Assembly (NCBI GenBank): GCA_965204575.1
Contig: OZ241993.1
Location: 1,280,001 to 1,344,000 of the forward strand
DNA length: 64,000 nt
Source: an uncultured candidatus Porisulfidus sp.
GTDB lineage: Bacteria; Pseudomonadota; Gammaproteobacteria; Poriferisulfidales; Poriferisulfidaceae
Direction of reading: 5' to 3'
Shown here: one piece after another, positions 51,295 through 62,119 of the stretch
Position numbering within the stretch: the first letter of the stretch is position 1
Layout of the letters: each line of letters opens with the position of its first letter
The notes under the pieces: generated by a model
Told to the model about the DNA's origin: nothing
Database searches by the model: none
What the model saw: the letters and a program-made list of their open reading frames with translations, nothing else
Made by a program: the position numbers and the translations under genes

Positions 51295-51748
51295 CATTCA
51301 CGCGTTCACCGCCGGGGATGGTCTCTGGCTCGGTGGTGTGCGCATCGAACACGATCAGGGCGTGGCGGCCCATTCCGACGGCGACGTGGTGCTGCACGCG
51401 TTGATGGATGCCCTGCTCGGGGCGGCGGGATTGGGGGACATCGGGCAGCATTTCCCGGACCATGACGCCCGCTACCGCGATGCCGCGAGCGGCGACTTGC
51501 TGCAGGACGTATTGCAGCAGATCCGGGCGCAGGGCCTGAGCGTGGTCAATGTCGATGTCACGGTCATCGCACAGGCTCCCCGGCTTGGGCCGCACCGCGA
51601 GGCCATGGTCCGATCGATGGCTCAACTGCTGCAGTTGGACGAGAATCGGGTCAACCTCAAGGCGACCACGCATGAAGGCCTCGGCGCGCTGGGCAAGGGC
51701 GAAGGCATTGCCGCGCATGCCGTGGCGCTGCTTGAGGACGTCGACTGA
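51272..51748 (+). CDS. ispF: MECDP synthase
   Basis: RIGHGYDIH, HSDGDV, GDIGQHFP, KATTHE. Confidence 0.96.
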   Translation: MRIGHGYDIHAFTAGDGLWLGGVRIEHDQGVAAHSDGDVVLHALMDALLGAAGLGDIGQHFPDHDARYRDAASGDLLQDVLQQIRAQGLSVVNVDVTVIAQAPRLGPHREAMVRSMAQLLQLDENRVNLKATTHEGLGALGKGEGIAAHAVALLEDVD

Positions 51749-51750
51749 CC

Positions 51751-53679
51751 GTGTCGACACCGGAGTTCGACGCGAAAACCTGTTTCGGTAGCGACGGGCA
51801 GTTGGCCCGGGAGGTCCACGGCTACCGACCACGTGAAGAACAAAGCGCCATGGCGGCGGCGGTGTGGGATACCTTGCACCGGGAGCGCACGCTGGCCGTT
51901 GAGGCGGGGACCGGGGTCGGCAAGACGTTTGCTTACCTGATGCCGGTACTGGCGTCCGGGCGCAAGACCTTGATCGCGACCGGCACCCGCCACCTGCAGG
52001 ATCAACTGTTCCGAAAGGATCTGCCGGTCGCGCTCAGGTCGATCTATGGTGCCACCGGTCGCCGGGTCTGTCTTCTGAAAGGCCGCGCCAACTACCTGTG
52101 CCTCCATCGATACCAGGCCTATGTGGCTGGCGACCTCGGCCGAAGCCCGGATGAACAGGTGGAAAGGCTGCAGGCGTGGGCGGACGACACCGACACCGGC
52201 GATTTGGCGGAACTCGACTGCCCCGAGGATGACCCGATCGTCCCGGCCATCACTTCGACACTGGAGAACTGCCTCGGGAAGAAGTGCCCGGAATACGAGG
52301 ACTGCTTCGTGATCCGGGCCCGCGAACGGGCGAGACGGGCGGACCTGGTGATCGCCAACCATCATTTGTTCGCGGCGGATCTGGCACTGCGCGAGGATTC
52401 GCTCGGCGAGCTGCTGCCGGAGTTCGAGGTGCTGGTGTTTGACGAGGCGCACAAACTGGCGGAAGTGCTGGAGATGTTCTGGAGCAGCCAGTTGAGCACC
52501 GCCAGGATTCAGCAGTTGTGCCGCGATGCGGAGACGGTGGCGCAGCGCGAACCGGACGGGAACCAGGCGTTGATCCTGTGTGCGCGCACGGTGCGTCAGG
52601 CCGTGAAGCAGGTGATGGCGCAGTTGCAGACGGCGCTGGAAGGGGCGGAGCCGGGCGATCGGGTCCCGCCACCGAAGGGATTTGCCGAATGGGTGCAGCC
52701 GCTGGTCTCCGCGCTGGAAGTGCTACGCAAGGAAGTCGAGGACCGTCGGCAGGACAATCCGGACATCGAAAACCTGTCCGAGCGCTGCGGGCGGCTGACG
52801 GAGGAACTGGCAGGTTGGCCGAGCGGAGAGGAGGATTGTTGTGAATACCTGAATCTCTTCCGGCAGGGGTTCACCCTGCATCAGGTGCCGATCGACATCA
52901 GCGGCATCTTCGCGCAGGCACGCACGCGGTACGCCCCCCGCTGGGTGTTCACGTCCGCGACCCTGTCCGTCGGCGGGGACTTCGACTATTTCATCCGAAA
53001 ACTCGGCCTCGGCGCGGAGACGGACACTCTGCAGCTCGACAGCCCTTTCGATTTCCAGGCGCAGACACTGTTGTACCTGCCGCCGGGCCTGCCGGACCCG
53101 CGCACCCCGGAGTACAACGAAACCATGCTCGAGGCCGTGCTCCCGCTGCTGGAGCAGTTGCGTGGCCGGACCTTCCTGCTGTTCACCAGCCTGCGTGCGA
53201 TGGAGGAAGCGGGGCAGTGGCTTGGGGGGCGCCTTGACTGCACGTTGCTCAAGCAGGGAGAGGCGCCGCGGCGGAAACTGCTGGAACGTTTCACCGAGCG
53301 GCCGGACGCCGTGCTGCTCGGCTCGATCGGGTTCTGGGAGGGCGTGGACATCCGCGGCTCCGCGCTCAGTTGCGTGATCATCGACAAGATCCCGTTCGTC
53401 TCGCACACGGACTTGCTCTATCAGGCCCGGATGAACGCGATCCGGGCGGCGGGCGGCGACCCGTTCCGGCAGTTGCAACTTCCTCGGGCCGCACTGATGC
53501 TGAAGCAGGGGGTGGGGCGGCTGATCCGCAGCGTGACGGATCAGGGCGTGGCCGTAATCGCCGACCCGCGGCTTCAGAGCCAATGGTACGGACGCCACCT
53601 CAGGGCCGGCTTGCCGGACATGCCGATCAGCACCGATCTTGGGCAGGCACTGGAATTCCTGCAGGAGCGGGTCGCATGA
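51751..53679 (+). CDS. yoaA: ATP-dependent DNA helicase, DinG/YoaA family
   Basis: EAGTGVGKT, KGRANYLC, DEAH, TSATL, FWEGVD, QGVGRLIR. Confidence 0.88.
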   Translation: MSTPEFDAKTCFGSDGQLAREVHGYRPREEQSAMAAAVWDTLHRERTLAVEAGTGVGKTFAYLMPVLASGRKTLIATGTRHLQDQLFRKDLPVALRSIYGATGRRVCLLKGRANYLCLHRYQAYVAGDLGRSPDEQVERLQAWADDTDTGDLAELDCPEDDPIVPAITSTLENCLGKKCPEYEDCFVIRARERARRADLVIANHHLFAADLALREDSLGELLPEFEVLVFDEAHKLAEVLEMFWSSQLSTARIQQLCRDAETVAQREPDGNQALILCARTVRQAVKQVMAQLQTALEGAEPGDRVPPPKGFAEWVQPLVSALEVLRKEVEDRRQDNPDIENLSERCGRLTEELAGWPSGEEDCCEYLNLFRQGFTLHQVPIDISGIFAQARTRYAPRWVFTSATLSVGGDFDYFIRKLGLGAETDTLQLDSPFDFQAQTLLYLPPGLPDPRTPEYNETMLEAVLPLLEQLRGRTFLLFTSLRAMEEAGQWLGGRLDCTLLKQGEAPRRKLLERFTERPDAVLLGSIGFWEGVDIRGSALSCVIIDKIPFVSHTDLLYQARMNAIRAAGGDPFRQLQLPRAALMLKQGVGRLIRSVTDQGVAVIADPRLQSQWYGRHLRAGLPDMPISTDLGQALEFLQERVA

Positions 53680-54356
53680 AGGATGCCCCCGCAGTGCTGG
53701 CGCTCGAGACCTCCACCGAGATCTGTTCGGCGGCCCTGTCCGCAGGCGGGCGGATCGGGGAATGCACCCTGACGGTGCCGCGGGAACACACTCGCCACAT
53801 CCTGGGGCAGGTGGACGAATTGCTCGGCGAGGCAGGGGCGACGGCCGGGGACCTTGCGGCGGTGGCGTTCGGCCGCGGCCCGGGGACGTTCACCGGCGTG
53901 CGCATCGCCACCGCGCTGGCGCAGGGGTTGGCGGTCGCCCATGGGCTGCCCTTGCTGCCGGTCTCTTCGCTGGCTGCGCTGGCTTGGAGGGCTCGGCGCG
54001 AACATCAGGTCTCGCCGGTGCTCGCGGTGATGGACGCACGGTTGGAAGAAGTCTACTGGGCGATGTTCGAGATCCATGCCGAGGGGGTTTCGGTCTTGCA
54101 TCCGGAGTCGCTGTCGACGCCGGCGGAACTGCTCGCGCAATTGCCCTCGTTGCCCGGTGATTGGCAGGGCGCCGGATCCGGGTGGGCGTTGCCCGAGATG
54201 CAGCCGGGTGTCGGGCCGGGGATCGCCGTGGACTCCGGCCTGCGGCCGGATGCCCGATCGGTACTGGAGCTTGCGCTGCAGGATTTTCGTGCCGGCCGGA
54301 TTGCAGACTTCGAACAGGCCCAGCCGACCTACCTGCGGCATCCGGTGCGGTCGTGA
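53676..54356 (+). CDS. tsaB: tRNA t6A biosynthesis protein TsaB
   Basis: LALETSTE.CSAAL, GPGTFTGVRI, DARLEEVY, PTYLR. Confidence 0.94.
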   Translation: MKDAPAVLALETSTEICSAALSAGGRIGECTLTVPREHTRHILGQVDELLGEAGATAGDLAAVAFGRGPGTFTGVRIATALAQGLAVAHGLPLLPVSSLAALAWRARREHQVSPVLAVMDARLEEVYWAMFEIHAEGVSVLHPESLSTPAELLAQLPSLPGDWQGAGSGWALPEMQPGVGPGIAVDSGLRPDARSVLELALQDFRAGRIADFEQAQPTYLRHPVRS

Positions 54357-54787
54357 GCGAGTCGCGCCCGCGGTTTCATCTGGCGATTGGAGTCGATGAC
54401 CTGTCCGCGGCGGAAGCCTTCTATGCCGGGGTCTTGCAGTGCCGCATCGGGCGCGCGTCCGAGAAATGGATCGACTTCGATCTGATGGGGCACCAGGTCA
54501 CGGTGCACCGTTGCGGCACGCCTCGGGAAGAGGCCCGCAACCCGGTCGACGGGGAGCCTATCGCAGTTCCCCATTTCGGACTGATCCTGGAATGGGAGCA
54601 GTGGGAAATTCTGGTGGAACGCCTCCGGGTCTGCGGAGCGGCGTTCGATCTGGAACCGACCGTCCGCTTCCGGGGAGAAGTCGGAGAACAGGCCACCGTG
54701 TTTGTGCGGGATCCGGCCGGCAACATGCTGGAGTTCAAGGCATTTCGAAATCCGGATCAGGTGTTTGCCCGGCACTTGGACGAGTAG
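54353..54787 (+). CDS. VOC/glyoxalase family protein
   Basis: FHLAI.V.DL, WIDFDLMGHQ, PHFG, DPAGNMLEFK. Confidence 0.9.
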   Translation: MSESRPRFHLAIGVDDLSAAEAFYAGVLQCRIGRASEKWIDFDLMGHQVTVHRCGTPREEARNPVDGEPIAVPHFGLILEWEQWEILVERLRVCGAAFDLEPTVRFRGEVGEQATVFVRDPAGNMLEFKAFRNPDQVFARHLDE

Positions 54788-55632
54788 CACCATTCTCTTC
54801 CCCGGTGACTGGCGGGCTGGGCAAAGTTGCGCGCTGATCCCCCCCCCCCCCCATGCTGCAATCAAGTTGCCCAGTTCATCTCCTATCAGTCACTGAAAGG
54901 ATGGTGTGATGCTGTCTGGGTATGTTGTCGGGGGTTGCCCTTTTTGGCCTTATCCCCGCGACAAATTTTCCCGTCCCGCCTCTTTTCCCGCCGAGCCATT
55001 TCGGTGGGTGGGAAGCCTGCTGGGCCCGAATTCAGACATTCCCGGTCCGGGGCCGTGGCGTTTTGTTCCGGCAAAGCCGCCTCGACTTCCAATGGCTTCT
55101 TTCCTCAAGGACCGCATTCAGGTCCCAACACCAACCTCCTTTCATCCTGCCTTGTACCAAATGGGGCAGACCCGAAGCTTAGCCTGCTCGATTCGCAGCC
55201 TGGCCGCACGGTCTTTCCCGGTTTTTTGGAGAAAAGGTAAATGTCCCACCCGCCGGGCGTTTTGGCACAGAACTGGGCTATAGCCTTAACGATTCCGGCG
55301 GGTGAGACACTCTCCGCAGCGCGTCGTCTTTAGACGACGCAACAAATACGAAGTTCGCGTCGATGCGCGGCGCGAAGTTGGCGAGGCACTGAATTCCCAG
55401 GCCACGCCATGCCGACACAGGTCGGGCGGGCTGGAACGGTCGCGACACTTGTTTATTTCTGGGCAGCCTCATGTTTTGATTCTACTGTGGATGAAGCATT
55501 TGGCGAAATACAACCGAGCCCGACAGCAAGAATCAACACTCCGAATCGACCGGTCGAAAACGGCCGGAGTTCGTGTTCCTTTCATTTGACATAATGCAAG
55601 GATGGAAACGGTGAGGTGCGGCGTTTATTGGG

Positions 55633-57366
55633 ATGGCCATCAAGAAGCTTAATGCGGGCCTGATTAATCAAATCACGGCAGGAGAGGTCATCGAGCGGCC
55701 GGCTTCCGTCGTCAAGGAATTGGTGGAGAACAGCCTGGACGCCGGCGCGCGCCACGTCCGGGTGCAGGTCGAAGAGGGCGGGCGGCGACGCCTGGCCGTG
55801 ACCGACGACGGTTGCGGCATCGACCGAGATGAACTGGCACTGGCGCTTTCGCGGCACGCAACATCCAAGCTGAGCAACGCTGAGGACCTGTGGCGACTGC
55901 GGACTCTGGGGTTCCGCGGCGAGGCGTTGCCGAGCATTGCTTCCGTCTCGCGCCTGACGCTGACTTCCGCGGTAGAAGGCGGCGAGCATGGCTGGCGTCT
56001 TGAGGGCGGGGCTGTCGAGGAGGAGCCGCAGGCGCATCCGCACCCGCGCGGGACCACGGTCGAGGTCTGCGACCTCTTCTACAACACGCCGGCACGGCGC
56101 AAGTTCCTGCGCGCCCCTGCAACCGAATGGAAACACATCGCCACGATCCTGCGTAGCCTGGCGCTCGGCCATCTTGCAGTGACCTTCGAAGCCAGCCACG
56201 ATGGACGCCGCCTGCTGCACTACCCGGGCGTCGGGGAAGGCGTGACGGAGCGGGAGCGACTGGAAGCGATACTCGGCGGCGACTTTGCCGAACAGTCCAC
56301 GTTCTTCGAGGAGGTTTCAGGGGCATTGCGGGTGTTCGGCTGGATCGGGTTGCCGACGTACTCGCGCAGCCAGCCGGACCAGCAGTACTTTCACGTCAAC
56401 GGCCGCACCGTGCGCGACAAGGTTGCGATGCACGCGATTCGCCAAGCGTATGCCGACGTGCTCTACGGACAGCGTCATCCCTGTTATGTGGTCTACCTGG
56501 AAGTCCCGCCCGGGGAAGTCGACATCAATGTGCATCCCACCAAGATGGAAGTGCGTTTCCGAGAGTCCCGCCAGGTGCACCAGATTCTTTCACATGGTGT
56601 GGCCGGAGCGATCGGGACGGTTCGGCCTGGCGATGCCGGGCACGACGTCGCGAGTTTCAGGACCTTGGTCAACGAAAATCCGCAGGCACAGCAATCCCCG
56701 ATGCCGCTGCCTGCCGCGTCCGACGGTGGCGGGACTGCGCTGCGGGCCGCGACGGAATCGCCCGCGGCTTCTTCCGGGGAGGTGCCGCCCCTCGGGTTTG
56801 CCCGCGCACAGCTGCATGGCATCTATATCCTGGCGGAGAACACGGAAGGGATGATCCTGGTCGACATGCATGCGGCGCACGAGCGGATTACGTACGAGCG
56901 CCTGAAGTCCTCGCGCGACGGTCAGGGCGTGCGCATGCAGCCGTTGCTGGTGCCGCAGGGCTTGAGCTTGAGCGAATCCGAGATCGCCTGCGTGGAGGAA
57001 CAGCAGGAACTTTTGCAAAGCCTGGGCATCGAGGTGGATGTGACCGGGCCGACCCGGTTGCGGATTCGCGCGGTCCCCGCATTGCTGTCGCGGGCCGACC
57101 CGTCCGCGCTGATGCGCGACGTCGTGGCGGACTTGGCGGAGCATGGGCAGAGCGAGCGGGTGCGGGAGCAAGAGAATGAATTGCTGTCTTCGATGGCTTG
57201 CCATGCCGCGGTACGTGCGGGCCGGCAGTTGTCCTTGGAGGAGATGAACATGTTGTTGCGCGACATGGAGGAAACCGAGCGGTCCGGGCAGTGCAACCAC
57301 GGGCGCCCGACCTGGGTGCTGCTCAGCATCGATCAACTCGACAAATTGTTCATGCGCGGGCAGTGA
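55633..57366 (+). CDS. mutL: DNA mismatch repair endonuclease MutL
   Basis: AGEVIERPASVVKELVENSLDAG, GFRGEAL, DMHAAHERI, ACH, CNHGRPT. Confidence 0.97.
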   Translation: MAIKKLNAGLINQITAGEVIERPASVVKELVENSLDAGARHVRVQVEEGGRRRLAVTDDGCGIDRDELALALSRHATSKLSNAEDLWRLRTLGFRGEALPSIASVSRLTLTSAVEGGEHGWRLEGGAVEEEPQAHPHPRGTTVEVCDLFYNTPARRKFLRAPATEWKHIATILRSLALGHLAVTFEASHDGRRLLHYPGVGEGVTERERLEAILGGDFAEQSTFFEEVSGALRVFGWIGLPTYSRSQPDQQYFHVNGRTVRDKVAMHAIRQAYADVLYGQRHPCYVVYLEVPPGEVDINVHPTKMEVRFRESRQVHQILSHGVAGAIGTVRPGDAGHDVASFRTLVNENPQAQQSPMPLPAASDGGGTALRAATESPAASSGEVPPLGFARAQLHGIYILAENTEGMILVDMHAAHERITYERLKSSRDGQGVRMQPLLVPQGLSLSESEIACVEEQQELLQSLGIEVDVTGPTRLRIRAVPALLSRADPSALMRDVVADLAEHGQSERVREQENELLSSMACHAAVRAGRQLSLEEMNMLLRDMEETERSGQCNHGRPTWVLLSIDQLDKLFMRGQ

Positions 57367-58322
57367 GCGGATCGCGGATTCAGGCGCTGGCGCTGATGGG
57401 CCCGACCGCGTCGGGCAAGACCGAGTGCGCGGTGGAACTGGTCCGTCGCTGGCCGTTCGAGATCATCAGCGTCGACTCCGCGATGATCTACCGCGGGATG
57501 GATATCGGAAGCGCCAAGCCGGGTCCGGATGTTCTGGCGCTCGCGCCGCACCGCATGATCGACATCCTGGATCCGGCGCAAGGATTCTCGGCGTACGAGT
57601 ATGCCCGGCAGGCGCGCCGACACATCGAGGAAATTCATGCGGCCGGACGCATCCCGCTGCTGGTCGGCGGCGCCCGCCTGTACTTTCTCGCCTTGATGGA
57701 GGGGCTGTCGCATGTTCCGGATGCGGATGCGGAAGTCCGGCGGCGTCTGCGCGACGAACTGGAGGAGCAGGGTGCCCCGGCATTGCACGAACGCCTGTCC
57801 CGGTGCGACCCACTGATGGCGCAGCGACTCAAGCCGGGCGACAGCCAGCGCATCGTGCGTGCACTGGAAGTATTCGAGTCGAGTGGCCGGCCGATGAGCA
57901 CCTGGATCTCCGAACCCCCGCAGGTGCCGGGGAACATTGGCTACCATCAGTTGGCACTTTGGCCGAAAGACCGCGCTCATTTGCAGGAACGGATTGGCGG
58001 GCGTTTCGACCGCATGCTGGAGGCGGGGCTGGTCGAGGAAGTCCAGGGCCTTCATGCACGCAAGGATTTGAATCTGACTAGCCCCGCGATGCGTTGCGTG
58101 GGGTACCGGCAGGTGTGGCGGCACTTGGATGGAGGGTGCACCCGCGAGCAGATGCGAGAGCAGGCGGTGGCGGCCACGCGGCAGTTGGCGAAGCGGCAGT
58201 TGAGCTGGCTGCGGCATGCCCCGGGCGTGATACACTGTGCAACGGACTGTGCGCGGCCGAATGAAGCGGTCGCGGCAGTGGCTCGCTGGCGGTCCTCGGA
58301 CCGGGGCGGCGCCAGACAATAA
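57363..58322 (+). CDS. miaA: tRNA dimethylallyltransferase
   Basis: GPTASGKT, SVDSAMIYRGMDIGSAKP, VGYRQ, TRQLAKRQ. Confidence 0.96.
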   Translation: MSGSRIQALALMGPTASGKTECAVELVRRWPFEIISVDSAMIYRGMDIGSAKPGPDVLALAPHRMIDILDPAQGFSAYEYARQARRHIEEIHAAGRIPLLVGGARLYFLALMEGLSHVPDADAEVRRRLRDELEEQGAPALHERLSRCDPLMAQRLKPGDSQRIVRALEVFESSGRPMSTWISEPPQVPGNIGYHQLALWPKDRAHLQERIGGRFDRMLEAGLVEEVQGLHARKDLNLTSPAMRCVGYRQVWRHLDGGCTREQMREQAVAATRQLAKRQLSWLRHAPGVIHCATDCARPNEAVAAVARWRSSDRGGARQ

Positions 58323-58355
58323 TAAGAAAAACAAGTTGTCGCCGCAGGTGGGTTA

Positions 58356-58598
58356 ATGGCTAAAGGACAAACGATTCAGGAACCGTTTCTCAACCAATTG
58401 CGCAAGCACCATGTTCCCGTCTCCGTCTATCTGGTCAACGGGATTAAGTTGCAGGGACAGGTGCATTCGTTCGACCAGTTCGTCGTCGTGCTGAAGAATT
58501 CTGTCAACCAGGTGATCTACAAGCACGCGATCTCCACCATCGTTCCGTCGCGTCCAGTGGACTTGGATCCGGTGGCGGACGAGGAGTCGGCCGATTAG
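58356..58598 (+). CDS. hfq: RNA chaperone Hfq
   Basis: [17 protein letters not shown]. Confidence 0.97.
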   Translation: MAKGQTIQEPFLNQLRKHHVPVSVYLVNGIKLQGQVHSFDQFVVVLKNSVNQVIYKHAISTIVPSRPVDLDPVADEESAD

Positions 58599-58618
58599 TC
58601 GCAAGCGAGGAACCCCGT

Positions 58619-59887
58619 TTGTTTGAACGGGTTTCCGCCGACCCTGCCTGCGTGCTGGTGCACGTGGCGGTCGGTGCAGACACGCGGGCGGAAAATCCCG
58701 AGCGCGAAGAATTCGTCGAGTTGGCGCGAAGCGCCGGCTTGATGCCGCAGGCGCAACTGAACTTCCGGCGTCGCGCCCCTCATCCTCGCTTCTACTTCGG
58801 CCGGGGCCAGGCCGAACAGCTTCGACAGAGTTGCGTGCAGCACGACGTTCAACTGGTGGTCGTCAACACGGACTTGAACCCAAGCCAGGAACGCAACCTG
58901 GAGGCGGAACTGGAATGCCGGGTGCTGGGACGCACCGGATTGATCCTGGATATTTTTGCGCAGCGTGCCCGGTCGCACGAAGGCAAGTTGCAGGTCGAGC
59001 TCGCGCAACTGAATTATCTCTCGACCCGATTGGTGCGCGGCTGGAGTCACCTGGAACGGCAGAAGGGCGGCATCGGGTTGCGCGGACCGGGCGAGACTCA
59101 GCTGGAGTTGGACCGTCGGCTGCTGACGCAGCGGGTCCAGACTTTGCGGCGGCGCCTGATGCTGGTCGAACGCCAGCGCAACCAAAGCCGCGCGCGCCGA
59201 CGACGGGCGCAGCTGTATCATGTCGCGTTGGTCGGCTACACCAATGCCGGCAAGTCGACCTTGTTCAATGGCCTGACCGGTAGCGACGTGCCGGCCGCGG
59301 ACCAGTTGTTCGCGACACTGGATCCGATACATCGCCGCCTTCGCCTGGATAAGGGACGGGACGTTGTCCTGTCCGACACCGTGGGATTCATTCGCGACCT
59401 GCCGGTGGAACTGGTGCGTGCGTTTCATTCGACTTTGGAGGAATTGCAGGAATGCGACCTCTTGCTGCACGTGATCGACTGCAGCGATGAAGGGCGCGCG
59501 GAACATGCGGCGCAGGTGAGGGAAGTGCTGGCGCAAATCGGCGCGGGGCAGGTTCCGGTTATCGAGGTTTACAACAAGGTTGATCGCCTGGAAGCGGTGG
59601 AGCGGATACCGGAAGCGCCGAATCGCGTGTGGGTGTCGGCGCGCACGGGCGCGGGAGTGAGCGCATTGCGCGCCCGGTTGTTGCAACGGATGCAGGCGGA
59701 AGAATCCGAAGTCCACCTTCGATTGCCGCTGGCGGCCTATCCGCTTCGAGCGGAATTGCACCGGGTCGGACAGGTCGAGGAAGAGAAGTTCACGGAAGAG
59801 GGGGAATGCGAGATGCGCCTGAGGCTGCCGCTGCCGTACCTGACACGTTTCGAGAAATTCCGGACGGCGACCGCGAAGGCATCATGA
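58619..59887 (+). CDS. hflX: GTPase HflX
   Basis: LILDIFAQRA, GPGETQLE, GYTNAGKST, DTVGF, NKVD. Confidence 0.96.
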   Translation: MFERVSADPACVLVHVAVGADTRAENPEREEFVELARSAGLMPQAQLNFRRRAPHPRFYFGRGQAEQLRQSCVQHDVQLVVVNTDLNPSQERNLEAELECRVLGRTGLILDIFAQRARSHEGKLQVELAQLNYLSTRLVRGWSHLERQKGGIGLRGPGETQLELDRRLLTQRVQTLRRRLMLVERQRNQSRARRRRAQLYHVALVGYTNAGKSTLFNGLTGSDVPAADQLFATLDPIHRRLRLDKGRDVVLSDTVGFIRDLPVELVRAFHSTLEELQECDLLLHVIDCSDEGRAEHAAQVREVLAQIGAGQVPVIEVYNKVDRLEAVERIPEAPNRVWVSARTGAGVSALRARLLQRMQAEESEVHLRLPLAAYPLRAELHRVGQVEEEKFTEEGECEMRLRLPLPYLTRFEKFRTATAKAS

Positions 59888-60082
59888 GATCCGGCGCCCG
59901 CCGACGGGCTTTTGCCTCCGAATCCCGACCGGGGTCCTGTCCGGGATGAACACGAAGCCCGGCGGGCCGCTTCTTCCGGCAGGAGGTTTTTTCGCCCGGA
60001 AGCGCACCCGCCCTGCTGCCGCATGCCCGCCGGACGCTCGCCCGTAAGTCGCTCCGGGCATTTCGCTGGCGCAGGCTTCGCG

Positions 60083-61684
60083 ATGCTGGCGGGAAGATTC
60101 GGCTCGGTTTCCGGCTGGCAGCGCGCGGCTCTCGCCACCGCCCTTGGCATCCTGACCACGACGGCGTTGCCGCCCGGCAACCTCCTGGCGCTGCTGGTGG
60201 TTGCCCTGACCGGATTCGTCTGGCTGATTCATGCCAGTCCTTCGCCGTGGCGGGCCTTGGGCGTGGGCTGGTGGTTCGGATTCGCCCACTTCCTGACCAG
60301 CCTTTTCTGGATCGGCCCGGCCCTGAGCTTTGGCTCCCCGCATCTCGGCTGGCTGGTCGCGCCGGCGATGGTTGGCCTGTCGGCGGGTCTCGCCCTGTTC
60401 CCGGCGCTTGTCGCTTTTGCCGCGCGGCTCCCGGCGTTGCCCATTGCCGGGCGCGTGCTCGCCGTTGCCATTGCCTGGACCGTCTCGGAGTGGCTGCGCG
60501 GCAATATCCTGAGCGGATTCCCGATCAACCTCCTGGGTTCGGTCTGGACGCCATCGCTCGGGATGATCCAGGGCGCCGCATTTGTCGGGGTCTATGGACT
60601 CAGTTTCGTGACGGTCCTCGCCGCCGCCGCGCCTGCAGCGCTGGCCGTGCCGGAAGCGGAGCGTCTTCCTGGCCGCCGCCTGCGGCTGTTTCCTGCGGTG
60701 GCGTTCGGCTTGTTGGCAGCGGTTTGGGTGGGTGGAGAGATCCGCCTGGCACTGGCACCTGAACTGCCCGGGGCCGGCCCTCGCCTGCGCCTCGTGCAGA
60801 GCAACATCGAACAGAGGCTCAAGTGGGAAGATGAGATGCGCGAGGCGGCGCTGGATCTTTACGTCCGTCTCTCGCGCCGGTCGGGGCATGAAGCGGTGGA
60901 TCTCGTGGTCTGGCCGGAGTCGGCGGTGACTTTCTATCTTGACGAGGACCCGTCGTTGCGCGAGTTTCTCTCGCAGGCTGCGCCGCCGGGCGGGCATCTC
61001 GTGACCGGGACATTGCGGCGTACCCGCGTCGAAGATACGATCAATTTCTGGAACAGCCTCCAGACGCTGACGCCCTCTGGCGCGGTCGTAGCCAACTACG
61101 ACAAGCACCACCTGGTGCCTTTCGGGGAATACAACCCGTTGCGCAGGGTCTTCCCCTTTCCGGCTCTCGCCTACGGGTCACAGGACTACTCTGCCGGGCC
61201 GGGGCCGCGTAGCCTGCACCTGCCCGGCCTGCCGCCTTTCAGCCCGCTGATTTGCTATGAGGTCATCTTCCCGGGCATGGTCATCGATGATTCCGGGCCG
61301 GAGAGGGAGAGGCCGAAGTGGTTGCTGAACATCACCAACGACGCCTGGTTCGACGGCACGGCCGGGCCCCATCAACTGTTCCAGGCGGCCCGCCTGCGGG
61401 CGGTCGAGGAGGGCTTGCCCCTGGTGCGGGTGGCAAATACCGGCATTTCTGCGGTCGTTGATGCCTACGGCCGCGTGGTGGGGCAGATCGCGCAGAGGGA
61501 GGTGGGCGTGCTCGACATCTCGTTGCCGGGGGCGTTGGCCACCCTGCCGCCGCAGGCAAGGTTCGGCGACTGGATCCTTGCGGTTATGCTGCTTCTCGCC
61601 GCCGCCGCCTTGCTTGCGCAACGTCTGCGGGAGCAACCGGGAACCGGGTCGGGCGCCGGGAGAGTTCCGAATCTGCGCAGCTGA
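60083..61684 (+). CDS. lnt: Apolipoprotein N-acyltransferase (start uncertain)
   Basis: VWPES, YDKHHLVPFGEY, LICYEVIF, TNDAWF, RAVEEG, NTGIS. Confidence 0.92.
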   Translation: MLAGRFGSVSGWQRAALATALGILTTTALPPGNLLALLVVALTGFVWLIHASPSPWRALGVGWWFGFAHFLTSLFWIGPALSFGSPHLGWLVAPAMVGLSAGLALFPALVAFAARLPALPIAGRVLAVAIAWTVSEWLRGNILSGFPINLLGSVWTPSLGMIQGAAFVGVYGLSFVTVLAAAAPAALAVPEAERLPGRRLRLFPAVAFGLLAAVWVGGEIRLALAPELPGAGPRLRLVQSNIEQRLKWEDEMREAALDLYVRLSRRSGHEAVDLVVWPESAVTFYLDEDPSLREFLSQAAPPGGHLVTGTLRRTRVEDTINFWNSLQTLTPSGAVVANYDKHHLVPFGEYNPLRRVFPFPALAYGSQDYSAGPGPRSLHLPGLPPFSPLICYEVIFPGMVIDDSGPERERPKWLLNITNDAWFDGTAGPHQLFQAARLRAVEEGLPLVRVANTGISAVVDAYGRVVGQIAQREVGVLDISLPGALATLPPQARFGDWILAVMLLLAAAALLAQRLREQPGTGSGAGRVPNLRS

Positions 61685-61883
61685 CGGTGAGCCAGGAATC
61701 GGCCAGCCTGCAGCAGGCCGGTCGGCTGATGTTCAAGCGCGGTCACCCTGGCACCGATTGCCGGATGCTGCCGAAGCACTTGAGGCTGAAGCACGTGTTC
61801 ATTCGGGCCGGGGGTCCGGTCGGAGACCGGGAATGCAGGCCATCCTTGCGGGCGGGTGCTGCGCGTCGCAGGCAAACAGGTTT

Positions 61884-62119
61884 CGGCCCTGAACCCCGGT
61901 CTGCGAGCTAACGCGATTTTGAGGTTTTTCGGAGGCCGGAGACCCGCCGTCCCGGATTTTTGGGCGGAAAGAGGCCAGTCCCGCCTGATTTCACGATTGT
62001 TCCGGCATGAACGCGCCGGGCTCTGCGGGCCGTCCCAAGGGCCACATGCGGCAGGAGGTCCGGGCGTGCCGCAGGCTAGGCGGTGGCTCATTCGCCCCAG
62101 TGCCCGGTGCAGCTGATGC
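61884..62119 (+). repeat. Degenerate non-coding repeat, copy 1
   Basis: Shares GCGAGCTAA.GCGATTTTGAG, GGCGGAAAGAGGC, TTCCGGCATGA, GCAGGAGGTC and GGCTCATTCGCCCCAG..AGCTGATGC with 63624-63899. Confidence 0.8.
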
